Part shown: piece by piece, positions 1-7,366 of the stretch
Layout: each line of letters opens with the position of its first letter
Numbering within the stretch: the stretch's first letter is position 1
Virus record (IMG/VR): IMGVR_UViG_3300020156_000056
Span: 1-39,952 of that record
Reading direction: 5' to 3' (one strand)
Source of the DNA: a virus
Lineage: Duplodnaviria > Caudoviricetes
DNA length: 39,952 bases
The notes under the pieces: model-generated
Told to the model about the DNA's origin: nothing
Databases searched by the model: none
What the model saw: only the letters and a program-made list of their open reading frames with translations
Program-made: the position numbers and the translations under genes

Positions 1-202
1 ATTCATCAATCCGTGCTTCCCGCTCCACCCGCTTCATCTCGGCTTCAAAGAGAGCTACAGTTTGGTCAACTTCTTCGCTATAATCTGTTCCCTCAAGAAC
101 TTCGCCTGTTTCATCTCTGGTTAATATGTGATCTGGCTCACCGTCCGGACTTTCTTCAAGTCCCCATATTTCAACAAGCTTTTCGCGTAGTTCCTTATTC
201 AT
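1..202 (-). CDS. 5' part of the hypothetical protein also found at 38902-39198 (truncated by window edge)
   Basis: Near-identical to 38997-39198. ATG at 202 with AGGAG RBS upstream. Confidence 0.75.
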   Translation of the reverse strand, partial: MNKELREKLVEIWGLEESPDGEPDHILTRDETGEVLEGTDYSEEVDQTVALFEAEMKRVEREARIDE

Positions 203-241
203 ATAATCTCCTTAACTTGTAGGATTATGTTAATTGGTTAT

Positions 242-344
242 GGTTAAAACACAGGTAAGTGATGGTAAGACCTTAATGCGCAACTCGGGATTTGGTATCC
301 ATGTTTCATCTTCCCTACTTACCATCACAGAGCTATGTTCAACC
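242..344 (-). ncRNA. Hairpin cassette A (putative structured RNA)
   Basis: Inner stem GTGATGGTAAG (259-269)/CTTACCATCAC (318-328) with a 48-nt loop. Outer stem GGTTAAAACACAG/CTATGTTCAACC, whose mismatches become G-U pairs on the minus strand. Confidence 0.6.
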
Positions 345-347
345 GTA

Positions 348-436
348 GTTAAAGACAGGGTGCTGGAAGGTCGTGTGTTTGTCATGCATTGCTGCAAGTG
401 GTCTTTATCGGAACCTTCCAGCGCACTATCCTCAAC
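348..436 (-). ncRNA. Hairpin cassette C (putative structured RNA)
   Basis: Inner stem GTGCTGGAAGGT (360-371)/ACCTTCCAGCGC (413-424) with a 41-nt loop. Outer stem GTTAAAGACAG/CTATCCTCAAC gives 11 bp with 3 G-U pairs on the minus strand. Confidence 0.6.
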
Positions 437-451
437 CGTGAAGGCTATCCA

Positions 452-511
452 AACAAGGCATTGCCGGAGTTGTGACACTCCAGTGCTCGTAAGCACCGTT
501 TATGCCTTATT
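452..511 (-). ncRNA. Three-way-junction structured element D
   Basis: Closing stem AACAAGGCAT/ATGCCTTATT with two internal hairpins. The UNCG-capped stem covaries with the copy at 39731-39790. Confidence 0.55.
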
Positions 512-549
512 GAGTATTCGGCACTCTCCGACAATGTGATCCTTGTTCT

Positions 550-629
550 TGGGAGTGGCAGGACTCGAACCTGCGCTAGGACTACCCTTTCGGGATTCGG
601 TTCCAGCTCCTCATTACGTCAACACTCCC
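550..629 (-). ncRNA. tRNA-like RNA (acceptor stem and T arm, no canonical D or anticodon arm)
   Basis: Minus strand reads GGGAGUG...GCAGG-UUCGAGU-CCUGC-CACUCCC-A: a 7-bp acceptor stem, canonical T arm and internal CCC-GAAA-GGG hairpin. No 5-bp anticodon stem with a 7-nt loop could be found. Confidence 0.65.
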
Positions 630-824
630 GTGGCTGGGCTTCGTTTTACGACTGAAGCCCCAAGCGTCGTCACGGTTACCACTTGGCTGGTTGGCTCCAT
701 TTACTGCAATCGTGTGGGTAAAGACACCATTACACACCAAGGGTCAAATATGGAGGGGTTGGGTTGTTTTCTTTTTTCAAAGTCACCTCCCTTCTGTTTA
801 ACGTATTGCTACTTACCTAAGGGG

Positions 825-1061
825 CTAAAGTTGTACCATCAATTTATCTATGGTTTCGTAGCCTTGTTCTTGCACGATGTTTAAAACTTGTTCTAACGGT
901 AAACTTAGCTCCTTAGCGATTTGAGTTTCGTCGTAGCCGTAGTCAAGCAGTCCCCCTATTTTGAGTTCTAAGGTTTTCCAATAACCAAGAAACTTCCAGA
1001 CTGGCACCTTGGTTGCATCGGGTTCAATATTTGATTTCCAGCTCACACGTTTTCCTTTCAT
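825..1061 (-). CDS. Hypothetical protein, possible small helix-turn-helix
   Basis: 78 aa, co-oriented. The segment YDETQIAKELSLPLEQV resembles an HTH. Confidence 0.55.
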   Translation of the reverse strand: MKGKRVSWKSNIEPDATKVPVWKFLGYWKTLELKIGGLLDYGYDETQIAKELSLPLEQVLNIVQEQGYETIDKLMVQL

Positions 1062-1082
1062 CTTACTGTTATAGGGTGGGGG

Positions 1083-1259
1083 CTACTCAGTTTCAGGTTT
1101 TTGCTTTAATTCATCATCACTGTTATTTTCGGCTTCTAAAAGTTCCAAGTAATATACCGCTAATTTATCCGCTGAACTGCGAGTCAAAAACCCATCCACT
1201 TTAAGCTTGTTACTTTCATTAATTGTGTATTCGATAACAATATTTGCTATTTTGTCCAT
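1083..1259 (-). CDS. Small hypothetical protein (58 aa, MDKIANIVIE...)
   Basis: Read by hand. AGGAG RBS, ATG at 1259, TAG at 1083. Confidence 0.6.
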   Translation of the reverse strand: MDKIANIVIEYTINESNKLKVDGFLTRSSADKLAVYYLELLEAENNSDDELKQKPETE

Positions 1260-1482
1260 ACTTTTCTCCTTTGCGGGCTAGACCGCTTAACTAATTACTT
1301 TCTTACGCTTCTTTGGTTTACCGTTATAGAACTGGTTATGGGCTGGGCTAATCATAAAAAACTCCTTTACGTACTTCATTTGCTAAATATCTGTTGTATT
1401 TACACTCTGACTTATTACAAATGGAGTCTTTCCAGCGGCTACAGTGTAGGGTTTCAAGCCACTGGGCTATTGCTTCGGTCAA

Positions 1483-1638
1483 TTATTTATCCTTGAGTTT
1501 TAGCTCTAGGCCACCGAAAAAAGAGAGGCCGCCAATAACTAAACAAATCATTATTCCTAATGGAGTTTTAGCTTGAGCTGCTATAGCTATAAGATAGATG
1601 CCTTCAATCAATAAAAAGTTAGTTATGAAGTCTTTCAC
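1483..1638 (-). CDS. Small membrane protein (51 aa)
   Basis: GTG start right after the stop of the upstream gene. Two hydrophobic stretches. Confidence 0.5.
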   Translation of the reverse strand: MKDFITNFLLIEGIYLIAIAAQAKTPLGIMICLVIGGLSFFGGLELKLKDK

Positions 1639-1639
1639 A

Positions 1640-1963
1640 CTATTTGCCCCATGACTCCGTTACTACAGGCTCTACAACAGGCGTAACTTCAGGAGTAGGC
1701 GTTGGTAATGGTACGGGCGCTGGGACAGGTTGTGGAGTCTCTGTGACTACTACAGGTGGTGTTACGGGTGTTGGAGTAGGAGTCGGGCTTGGGGCTGGAC
1801 TTGGAACTGGTGGCGTAGGTTGTGGCTGTGATGGTGGTGATGGACGGTTGTGTGATTTGTGGGACTTATGTTTAGTAGTAGCGTAGACTTTAGCCGTTCC
1901 AGTATAGACAGCGGTTACGAGTACTATGGCTGGGATAATGCGGGCTAGGTTTTTAAGTGACAT
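1640..1963 (-). CDS. Secreted or membrane-anchored Pro/Thr-rich protein
   Basis: N-terminal signal-like hydrophobic segment followed by a PT/PV low-complexity stalk. GAAGGA RBS. Confidence 0.75.
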   Translation of the reverse strand: MSLKNLARIIPAIVLVTAVYTGTAKVYATTKHKSHKSHNRPSPPSQPQPTPPVPSPAPSPTPTPTPVTPPVVVTETPQPVPAPVPLPTPTPEVTPVVEPVVTESWGK

Positions 1964-1973
1964 GTTATTTCCT

Positions 1974-2144
1974 TCATTTATTTAATCGTTTAGCTCTTTT
2001 ACACGTGCAGTTGATTCCGGCACAGTCGTATCCTTCTTCTTCGCGCTCACACCGATGCCAACGCTTATAGCCAAAATAGATAATCAGAATTAAAGTCGGG
2101 CAAATACCGAAAGTCAGAATGATAACGGTGCTCAGTAGTTCCAT
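1974..2144 (-). CDS. Small membrane protein (56 aa) with Cys-rich tail
   Basis: Read by hand: MELLSTVIILTFGICPTLILIIYFGYKR... GAGG RBS. Fills the gap between its neighbours. Confidence 0.55.
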   Translation of the reverse strand: MELLSTVIILTFGICPTLILIIYFGYKRWHRCEREEEGYDCAGINCTCKRAKRLNK

Positions 2145-2146
2145 GG

Positions 2147-2413
2147 CTACCTCACTTCTATTTTCTTAACGGTGCGTTTCTTACGTGCTCCTGGGTGGTA
2201 GATGTCTATGACTTTAGGTTTTACTTTGGCAGTACGACCCATTGAAATATCATGTTGACCTCCCTTAGGAACATGTTTGCCATTGCGAGAGCTAGAAGTA
2301 TCACGATCACGCTTGATACGGCGCAACAAGCTAGAGTAAAAATTCTTAAGACTCTTCGCGGATGGAAGCTCCTCGTAATTGAGGCCGTCCTTTTTGTCTT
2401 TTTCATCAGTCAT
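2147..2413 (-). CDS. Basic hypothetical protein
   Basis: 88 aa, GAAGGA RBS, abuts neighbours. Confidence 0.6.
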   Translation of the reverse strand: MTDEKDKKDGLNYEELPSAKSLKNFYSSLLRRIKRDRDTSSSRNGKHVPKGGQHDISMGRTAKVKPKVIDIYHPGARKKRTVKKIEVR

Positions 2414-2433
2414 ATAGTTCCTTCACGGTTTTA

Positions 2434-2691
2434 CTAGTTTGTATTTTCTTTAGCTTCGGCTTCTTTGCGTCGTGCTGAACGGCCGCCTAAAGCTCCAACT
2501 ACGCGCGCCCTTTGGCGGCCTGTTAAGCCGTCGGGGCCAATATTATTTGAAGCGAAGCCTCCGGTAGTCGAGGCAGCGCCGCCTTTTGCACCAATGTTTC
2601 TCAGGTGAGCTTTAAATGCCGCTTCACTACCAAACGTTTCTTTAATCATCTTTTCTCTAGACTTAAAATATCCTTCACGGGTGCCGCTCAT
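2434..2691 (-). CDS. Small protein with KGG/GG-rich motifs
   Basis: Motifs IGAKGG...GGF...GALGGR. GAAGGAG RBS. Confidence 0.7.
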   Translation of the reverse strand: MSGTREGYFKSREKMIKETFGSEAAFKAHLRNIGAKGGAASTTGGFASNNIGPDGLTGRQRARVVGALGGRSARRKEAEAKENTN

Positions 2692-2738
2692 GCTTACTCC
2701 TTCACACGTAAAAACGTGATAGTTTCTTTACTAGTTGT

Positions 2739-3188
2739 TTATTGATACGAATTTCCTTCTGTAGAGCTTTCAGGCTCCTCTGTGTTCGAGCCATACTTAA
2801 TTCGGTACTGTTCAAGTGACATACTTCCTTTCTGTGTATTACAGCTCCAGCAGCAAGGCTGAAGATTCTCATGTTCATATCTAAGTGATGGATTGCCGCT
2901 ACGGGGTTTTACGTGGTCTAAAGTAGTCTCTATGGGTGTTAAGTACTTGCCACATAGATAGCACTCATATGACTCCTGCGCGTGATCTATGAACCATTGG
3001 CGGCGAGTGATGCGCCAGAGCTTGATAGCTTTGCTGCGGCGCTTAGGGACTACTTTTGTATAAGTCTTGTAGTTTAAGCTCCCCTTCCATCCGTACTTTT
3101 TGAGATACGGGTTTTTCCAGCACTGGTATGGGTAGTGATTTGTTCCTTCGCAGTATTTGCATGGTTTTGGTTCTGTACGCATTTGCAA
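2739..3188 (-). CDS. HNH endonuclease with zinc-binding motifs
   Basis: CxxC...TLDHVKPRS...ENLQPCCWSCNTQKG HNH signature. The exact start is uncertain. Confidence 0.88.
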   Translation of the reverse strand: MQMRTEPKPCKYCEGTNHYPYQCWKNPYLKKYGWKGSLNYKTYTKVVPKRRSKAIKLWRITRRQWFIDHAQESYECYLCGKYLTPIETTLDHVKPRSGNPSLRYEHENLQPCCWSCNTQKGSMSLEQYRIKYGSNTEEPESSTEGNSYQ

Positions 3189-3256
3189 TATATTTTCAAT
3201 TTAGATTCGGGCTTAATACGTAGGTGACAAGATAGACAAAGGCGCATTATTGCCAT

Positions 3257-3550
3257 CTAAAAAGTCCATTGCCACAGTATTCGACCTCCGCCGTGGTTCA
3301 TGTATCCCCTTTCAATACCTGCTCGTTTAAACTGGCCTGAACTGAATACGTTTCCAATAAGTGACGGTGGTAGGTAGTAGGGTATCGGATGGGATTGTTT
3401 CACCATGTCCGAAGTGCAGTAGCCATATTCTTTGATGAGCGTTTCAGCTACGGTGCGGGCTTCATCGAGCCATTCTTTTTTAGTGATACGGGTTTCTGTT
3501 TTTTGGGTGTCTTGAAATAAAGACCGTTGACGGCCTTGAATCTTCCACAT
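3257..3550 (-). CDS. Hypothetical protein
   Basis: 97 aa, GAGG RBS, co-oriented. Confidence 0.65.
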   Translation of the reverse strand: MWKIQGRQRSLFQDTQKTETRITKKEWLDEARTVAETLIKEYGYCTSDMVKQSHPIPYYLPPSLIGNVFSSGQFKRAGIERGYMNHGGGRILWQWTF

Positions 3551-3567
3551 TGTTTTCGCCTCTCTAG

Positions 3568-4176
3568 TTAATTTTGATTACCCCATTGCTTGGCCATAGC
3601 GGCTGCAACTTCTTCAAATGTTTGGCTTCGTTTTTTCCATCGGTCTTTGCCGCCTTTGTTAAACCAATTACCTGCGAGCCGTGTGTTTTCCAATGGCACA
3701 ACAATGTTTGTTGGTTTAAGCGGTGGTAGGTTTTTTAACCATAGCCGTGTCCTTTTTTGTAACGGCACCCCATGTTCGTAAGGCTGCATGTATTGCGTGT
3801 GAGGGGGCAAATTAAATATCTTACTTGATATAGGGTTTTCAATAGCAATCATGGGTATGTCCGCTGTCCACAACTTCATAAAGAACTTTTTAGCATCGAG
3901 TCCCTTTTCATATCGTTCTTTATTTAGTGTTCTGCCACGGTATAGGTGTTTTGCTCCGGCATTACTAAGATAGGTACATGGCGGATGGGCGATCATCATA
4001 TCCCATCCATCATCCAAAACTTCCAACACATCACCTTGTATATGGTTGCCTGGTCTTTCGGTGGGCAATATGTCACAGCTCCATGCATCGTGGCCAAGTG
4101 CTGCAAAAGCGTCTCGAACAATGCCTGAGTATTCACAGGCTATTAAAACTCTCACCCTATGTCCCCTCGTGTTCAA
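3568..4176 (-). CDS. Phage DNA cytosine-methyltransferase-like protein
   Basis: N-terminal VLIACEYSG (motif I-like), AHPPCT (PC catalytic motif), IENP (motif VI) and KRTRLW (motif VIII-like). Confidence 0.75.
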   Translation of the reverse strand: MNTRGHRVRVLIACEYSGIVRDAFAALGHDAWSCDILPTERPGNHIQGDVLEVLDDGWDMMIAHPPCTYLSNAGAKHLYRGRTLNKERYEKGLDAKKFFMKLWTADIPMIAIENPISSKIFNLPPHTQYMQPYEHGVPLQKRTRLWLKNLPPLKPTNIVVPLENTRLAGNWFNKGGKDRWKKRSQTFEEVAAAMAKQWGNQN

Positions 4177-4224
4177 CTATCCTTAGCCTCTAAGTAAGGC
4201 CAAAGATAGATGCTGATATTAAAA

Positions 4225-4428
4225 TTACTTTGTTGGAGACCGGCGCGAATAGCCGAACTTCCTTATTTCATACTCGTATCGCCATTGGTTATAGCAAGCT
4301 TTACAGCAGCGTTCTGTCCAGATGTAAGTTTTATCTTTGGATACATAGCGTCTGCGTGCTTTGAGTACTAAGTTATCTCCGGTCATGGCGTGATTGTTTT
4401 TGCAGGTCTCAGCATCATAACTTCCCAT
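4225..4428 (-). CDS. Small Cys/His zinc-binding-like protein
   Basis: CKNNH...CCKAC pattern. AGGAGG RBS. Confidence 0.65.
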   Translation of the reverse strand: MGSYDAETCKNNHAMTGDNLVLKARRRYVSKDKTYIWTERCCKACYNQWRYEYEIRKFGYSRRSPTK

Positions 4429-4445
4429 AGCACCTCCTTACGTAA

Positions 4446-4551
4446 TAACAGCGCTTGAAACGGTAGTAAGTTGGTACAGAATGCCCATATACCGCAATGG
4501 CGTCGCTAAGACTTCTTGAACATTCTCTTACTACCGATTGAGGCGCTGTTA
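4446..4551 (-). ncRNA. Hairpin cassette (second array, unit 1)
   Basis: Outer stem TAACAGCGC/GCGCTGTTA. Inner stem CGGTAGTAAG (4461-4470)/CTTACTACCG (4527-4536). 56-nt loop. Confidence 0.6.
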
Positions 4552-4570
4552 CTGGTTTATGTTTAACTGG

Positions 4571-4747
4571 TTATTCTTTTGGCATGTACTGGATTAAGTC
4601 ATCTAAAGCGACACGAACTCTTGTAGGCATTGCGCTTAATTCTTTTGGGTTTAAGTCACAGTAGCTTTTGAGCATCCGTAGCATATAGAGCGGCACCGGC
4701 ACCAAAGTAGTGTCAGTCGTAGGATAAACAGCCTTTAACTTTGGCAT
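4571..4747 (-). CDS. Small hypothetical protein (58 aa, MPKLKAVYP...)
   Basis: Read by hand. Strong AAAGGAGGAG RBS. Lies between hairpin cassettes. Confidence 0.7.
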   Translation of the reverse strand: MPKLKAVYPTTDTTLVPVPLYMLRMLKSYCDLNPKELSAMPTRVRVALDDLIQYMPKE

Positions 4748-4771
4748 ATACTCCTCCTTTTATTTAACTAT

Positions 4772-5137
4772 GGTTAATAAAGCGCTAGAAAACCAAGCGT
4801 AGGTGTCATTAGTGCCTAGCCTAGCAATGCGTTCTTACGGTTAGCATCGGGCAGTGACTTTAATGCTCTGAGGCCACATGCTGCCTACGCTTGGATATGT
4901 AGCGCTCTATTGTCTTGGTTAATAAGAGACAGCAGCGAAGGTACGCTACTTGATATAAGCTTTCGACGGCTATCTCGAGTTCTCATCTACCGGCCGCACG
5001 TTCACATACCCTCGATGTTGCCTCTTATTATCTTGGTTAATACAGGCCAGGTGAATGACGGTAGGCACACTCTGTTACAGCAAGCCCCTAACGAGTATGG
5101 ATGCTGGCATCCTACCGCCAATAATCTAGCCTGTATT
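4772..5137 (-). ncRNA. Three tandem hairpin cassettes (4772-4911, 4917-5030, 5035-5137)
   Basis: Each starts GGTTAATA on the + strand. Inner stems are CCAAGCGTAGG/CCTACGCTTGG, CGAAGGTA/TACCCTCG and TGACGGTAGG/CCTACCGCCA, with loops of 80, 63 and 45 nt. Most mismatches are G-U on the minus strand. Confidence 0.65.
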
Positions 5138-5289
5138 GTTTGCTTAAAAAGGAGCGCCAGTAGTTTCGTCAACTGGATAATCAGGCTCCTCGGGTTGAAC
5201 GTCGCCGATCATATCCGGTTCCAAAGTTTCGCCTTGTGGTGTGTGATGGCCGTCATACTCTAGGTCTGAACGCCAGTCGTTAGATTGTG

Positions 5290-5886
5290 TCATTTACTTG
5301 TCTCCGTTACCTTCTGGTTTAATTTAGCGATGATCTCTCGGGCTTGTTCTTTCGTCATTTTCAATGGGTCTACGCCGTATTCGAGTAAGATAGTACTCTT
5401 TATAGAGTCAGGGTCGTTATTCGTACCTGTGCGCTTTAGCAGGCTTGTTATGGTGCCTTTTTGCATGGCGCTGGCAGGTTCGTTACCTTGTTCATCTGCG
5501 AGCCGTATTAAGCCTTCTTTGACGGTTTCCTTTGGGGTATTACGCTGATGTATAGCGTTTGCTACCTCATCGGCGCTGGCGTACTCGGTACCACCAATTC
5601 CGAAGGCTGCTAATGCACGTCCAATGGCGCTTGTTTCACAATTTTCCAGGGCTGATGTTTTGTTAATCATGCTGGCTTCGCGCTTTTCTTCAGCGAAGCC
5701 AGTGGCCACGGTCTTGTCGGTATCGAGCAAGATAATTGAGGCTTTCATGACAACCGTTATTTCGTCTCTGTCGATAATCTCGGTAACAATACCGTATTTA
5801 TCCTTGTGTTCTTCACGGAACCTAGCCACGCGGCTAGCAACCGTTTCATAGTCCTTGTTATGGATTCGGACAGTTTCTTTAGTCAT
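5290..5886 (-). CDS. Putative single-strand annealing recombinase (Rad52/Sak-like)
   Basis: KDYETVASRV, ATGFAEE and ENCETSAIGRAL motifs typical of phage SSAP-like proteins. Start moved to ATG 5886 (AAGGAG RBS). Confidence 0.65.
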   Translation of the reverse strand: MTKETVRIHNKDYETVASRVARFREEHKDKYGIVTEIIDRDEITVVMKASIILLDTDKTVATGFAEEKREASMINKTSALENCETSAIGRALAAFGIGGTEYASADEVANAIHQRNTPKETVKEGLIRLADEQGNEPASAMQKGTITSLLKRTGTNNDPDSIKSTILLEYGVDPLKMTKEQAREIIAKLNQKVTETSK

Positions 5887-5902
5887 AGCTAGGCTCCTTT
5901 GA

Positions 5903-6139
5903 TTAGTCCTTATCGTTAAGTGCGCGGAACAGGTCAATCACACCGAAGCCGAATAGCAAGGCTGCTAAAACAGCGCCAGCGATTCGTAGATCATCGTTAG
6001 TGACGTGCTTGACCGTACAGAAACCGATGGCTCCTGCACCGATAATCGCGAGTACAAAGCGGCCGATGTAATATGCATACCAAATCTGTACTGTTGCCTT
6101 ATCTTTCTTAACTTGTGCGTTGTGTTTAAATTGGTTCAT
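5903..6139 (-). CDS. Two-TM membrane protein
   Basis: 78 aa, two hydrophobic segments, GGGAG RBS. Confidence 0.7.
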   Translation of the reverse strand: MNQFKHNAQVKKDKATVQIWYAYYIGRFVLAIIGAGAIGFCTVKHVTNDDLRIAGAVLAALLFGFGVIDLFRALNDKD

Positions 6140-6167
6140 CTTAAAAATCTCCCACCAGATTTACTGG

Positions 6168-6371
6168 TTATTCTTTAGCTTTAATGTCTATTGCTTCACC
6201 GCATTTCTTACAGGTCTTCGTAAGGGTTGTGTAATCCATGCCGTCTTCGTTATCATCTGAGTACTCGAAATAGTCGTAAGACCATTCGTGTTCACAGGAT
6301 TCCTTTTCTTCTTTCTTGCTGCCGTTGAACATAATGTCCAGTCCGGCTAGTACAGGGTTGAACATATACAT
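6168..6371 (-). CDS. Small acidic zinc-ribbon-like protein
   Basis: CEHEW...CKKCG. GAAAGG RBS. Confidence 0.65.
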   Translation of the reverse strand: MYMFNPVLAGLDIMFNGSKKEEKESCEHEWSYDYFEYSDDNEDGMDYTTLTKTCKKCGEAIDIKAKE

Positions 6372-6391
6372 TCCTTTCTAATTTTTTAGGT

Positions 6392-6461
6392 AACTCGCTC
6401 AACTAGAGCGGTATATAAGTGACGATAAGTGTGTCAACTTACCGCCCTAGTAGAGCGAATT
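6392..6461 (-). ncRNA. Isolated hairpin cassette
   Basis: TCGCTC-A-ACTAGAGCGGTA / TACCGCCCTAGT-A-GAGCGA with a 26-nt loop. The A-C mismatch is G-U on the minus strand. Confidence 0.5.
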
Positions 6462-6522
6462 GTGTCTCAGTCATCTTGAGTTGATATAGGCCAGGTTGCC
6501 AGCAATAAATGCTGGACTTTGA

Positions 6523-6711
6523 CTAGTTAAGCGAGACTAGTTCTTTGACTTCGCTTCTAATGGCAATAATCGCATCGGCGTGTTCACGTAATGCTATTGC
6601 CATATTAATTAGTGCTTCTTCTCCGAAGTTATCTAAGAAAAATAGTCTAATATCGTAAGCTGAATGATTCTCGCTCAAGAATTCTTGTATCTCTTGTCTT
6701 GAAGTTGCCAT
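6523..6711 (-). CDS. Small hypothetical protein enclosed by an inverted repeat
   Basis: ATG at 6711 with AAAGGAG RBS, 62 aa. Flanked by a 26-bp imperfect IR at 6483-6508 / 6723-6748. Confidence 0.7.
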   Translation of the reverse strand: MATSRQEIQEFLSENHSAYDIRLFFLDNFGEEALINMAIALREHADAIIAIRSEVKELVSLN

Positions 6712-6781
6712 GATTGTCTCCTTTATTAGTGACAATCTGGCCTATATCGTTTTGAGTAGTTTTAAAGCCTCTACTCACGGG

Positions 6782-7366
6782 CTAATACCAGTTGTTTTGG
6801 TAGTGAAATTGAAGTGCGACTGATGGTTTTCCGTAAACTCCGATGAGATATCCGATGCCCCATTTCATTTGTGTAACAGGGTTCGTTTGCCAATCTGAGC
6901 CAACGGTTGCCATCTTGCTTGCAGGCCATGATTGCGGGATACCACCAGCTCCACTATCAGGATTGATAGCCAAGTGGTTAAATCCAGACTCACATGACCA
7001 AAGCTCTAATAACGCTGTCCATTCACTGCCTGTCCATCCATGTTGTTTGGCTAGCTCTTGCCCTAGATTGGCATTGGCGACATTAATGGTCTTCCAATTG
7101 CCTTGTTTAGGTGAGCCACAAAAAACTCGGGATGGGTTTTCTGGTTCCGGCTTAACCGGTTCTATGGCCACTACAGGATTTACTGTCTGTAATGGCACCT
7201 GCACCGATTCCGCCGCCGTTGATTTTGCTTGCAGTATAAATACTTCCGCGTCAACGCTTTGATGTTGAACCGATGATTTGTCAAGGTTAGCCGGAGTTGC
7301 TTTCACGATGCCTATTGATGCTGCTATGAGTCCAATAAGAGTCGCTGTTGCGAAGATATATTTGAT
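6782..7366 (-). CDS. Secreted lytic-transglycosylase-like protein (aggregation-promoting-factor C-terminal type)
   Basis: LWSCESGFN...AGGIPQ...NPVTQMKWG..Y...YG...NNWY lysozyme-like signature. The frame is open upstream to an ATC at 7366, 7 nt after AGGAG, which adds a signal peptide. Confidence 0.8.
   Translation of the reverse strand: MKYIFATATLIGLIAASIGIVKATPANLDKSSVQHQSVDAEVFILQAKSTAAESVQVPLQTVNPVVAIEPVKPEPENPSRVFCGSPKQGNWKTINVANANLGQELAKQHGWTGSEWTALLELWSCESGFNHLAINPDSGAGGIPQSWPASKMATVGSDWQTNPVTQMKWGIGYLIGVYGKPSVALQFHYQNNWY

Larger units (their letters stand above)
1..673. repeat. Left copy of imperfect terminal direct repeat / circular overlap
   Basis: 1-252 matches 38997-39248 (SNPs at 128 and 204). 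426-673 matches 39705-39952 (27-nt block swap at 475-501, SNP at 558). The segments in between differ. Confidence 0.95.

Noticed and set aside
208-235. dif-like site (TTATGTTAATT resembles a XerD arm)
   Set aside because: The other arm does not resemble a XerC box, and an AT-rich 10/11 match is expected by chance.
242-673. CRISPR array interpretation of the repeated GGTTAAAACACA / GGTTAATA units
   Set aside because: There are no identical regularly spaced direct repeats, units are inverted-repeat hairpins of variable length, and no cas gene is present.
230-884. ORFs 230-496, 234-539 and 543-884 (and 39429-39818)
   Set aside because: They overlap the hairpin and tRNA-like elements, lack RBSs, and those crossing the variable segments are not preserved between the two end copies.
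1644-1886. Gly/Val-rich + strand ORF
   Set aside because: It is the antisense shadow of the Pro/Thr-rich gene 1640-1963.
2221-2406. Alternative-frame hydrophobic ORF inside 2147-2413
   Set aside because: The longer ORF has the better-spaced RBS and abuts its neighbours. Dual coding cannot be supported from sequence alone.
4863-4874. 12-nt match (ATGCTCTGAGGC) between a cassette loop and 9380-9391
   Set aside because: Many 12-nt matches are expected by chance in 40 kb, and the match is in the same orientation, so it is not antisense.
4446-5137. Integron attC sites served by the tyrosine recombinase
   Set aside because: attC sites read RYYYAAC...GTTRRRY, but here GTT is at the outer 5' end. 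The recombinase shows no obvious IntI-specific insertion, and UNCG/GNRA loops favour an RNA role. Not fully excluded.
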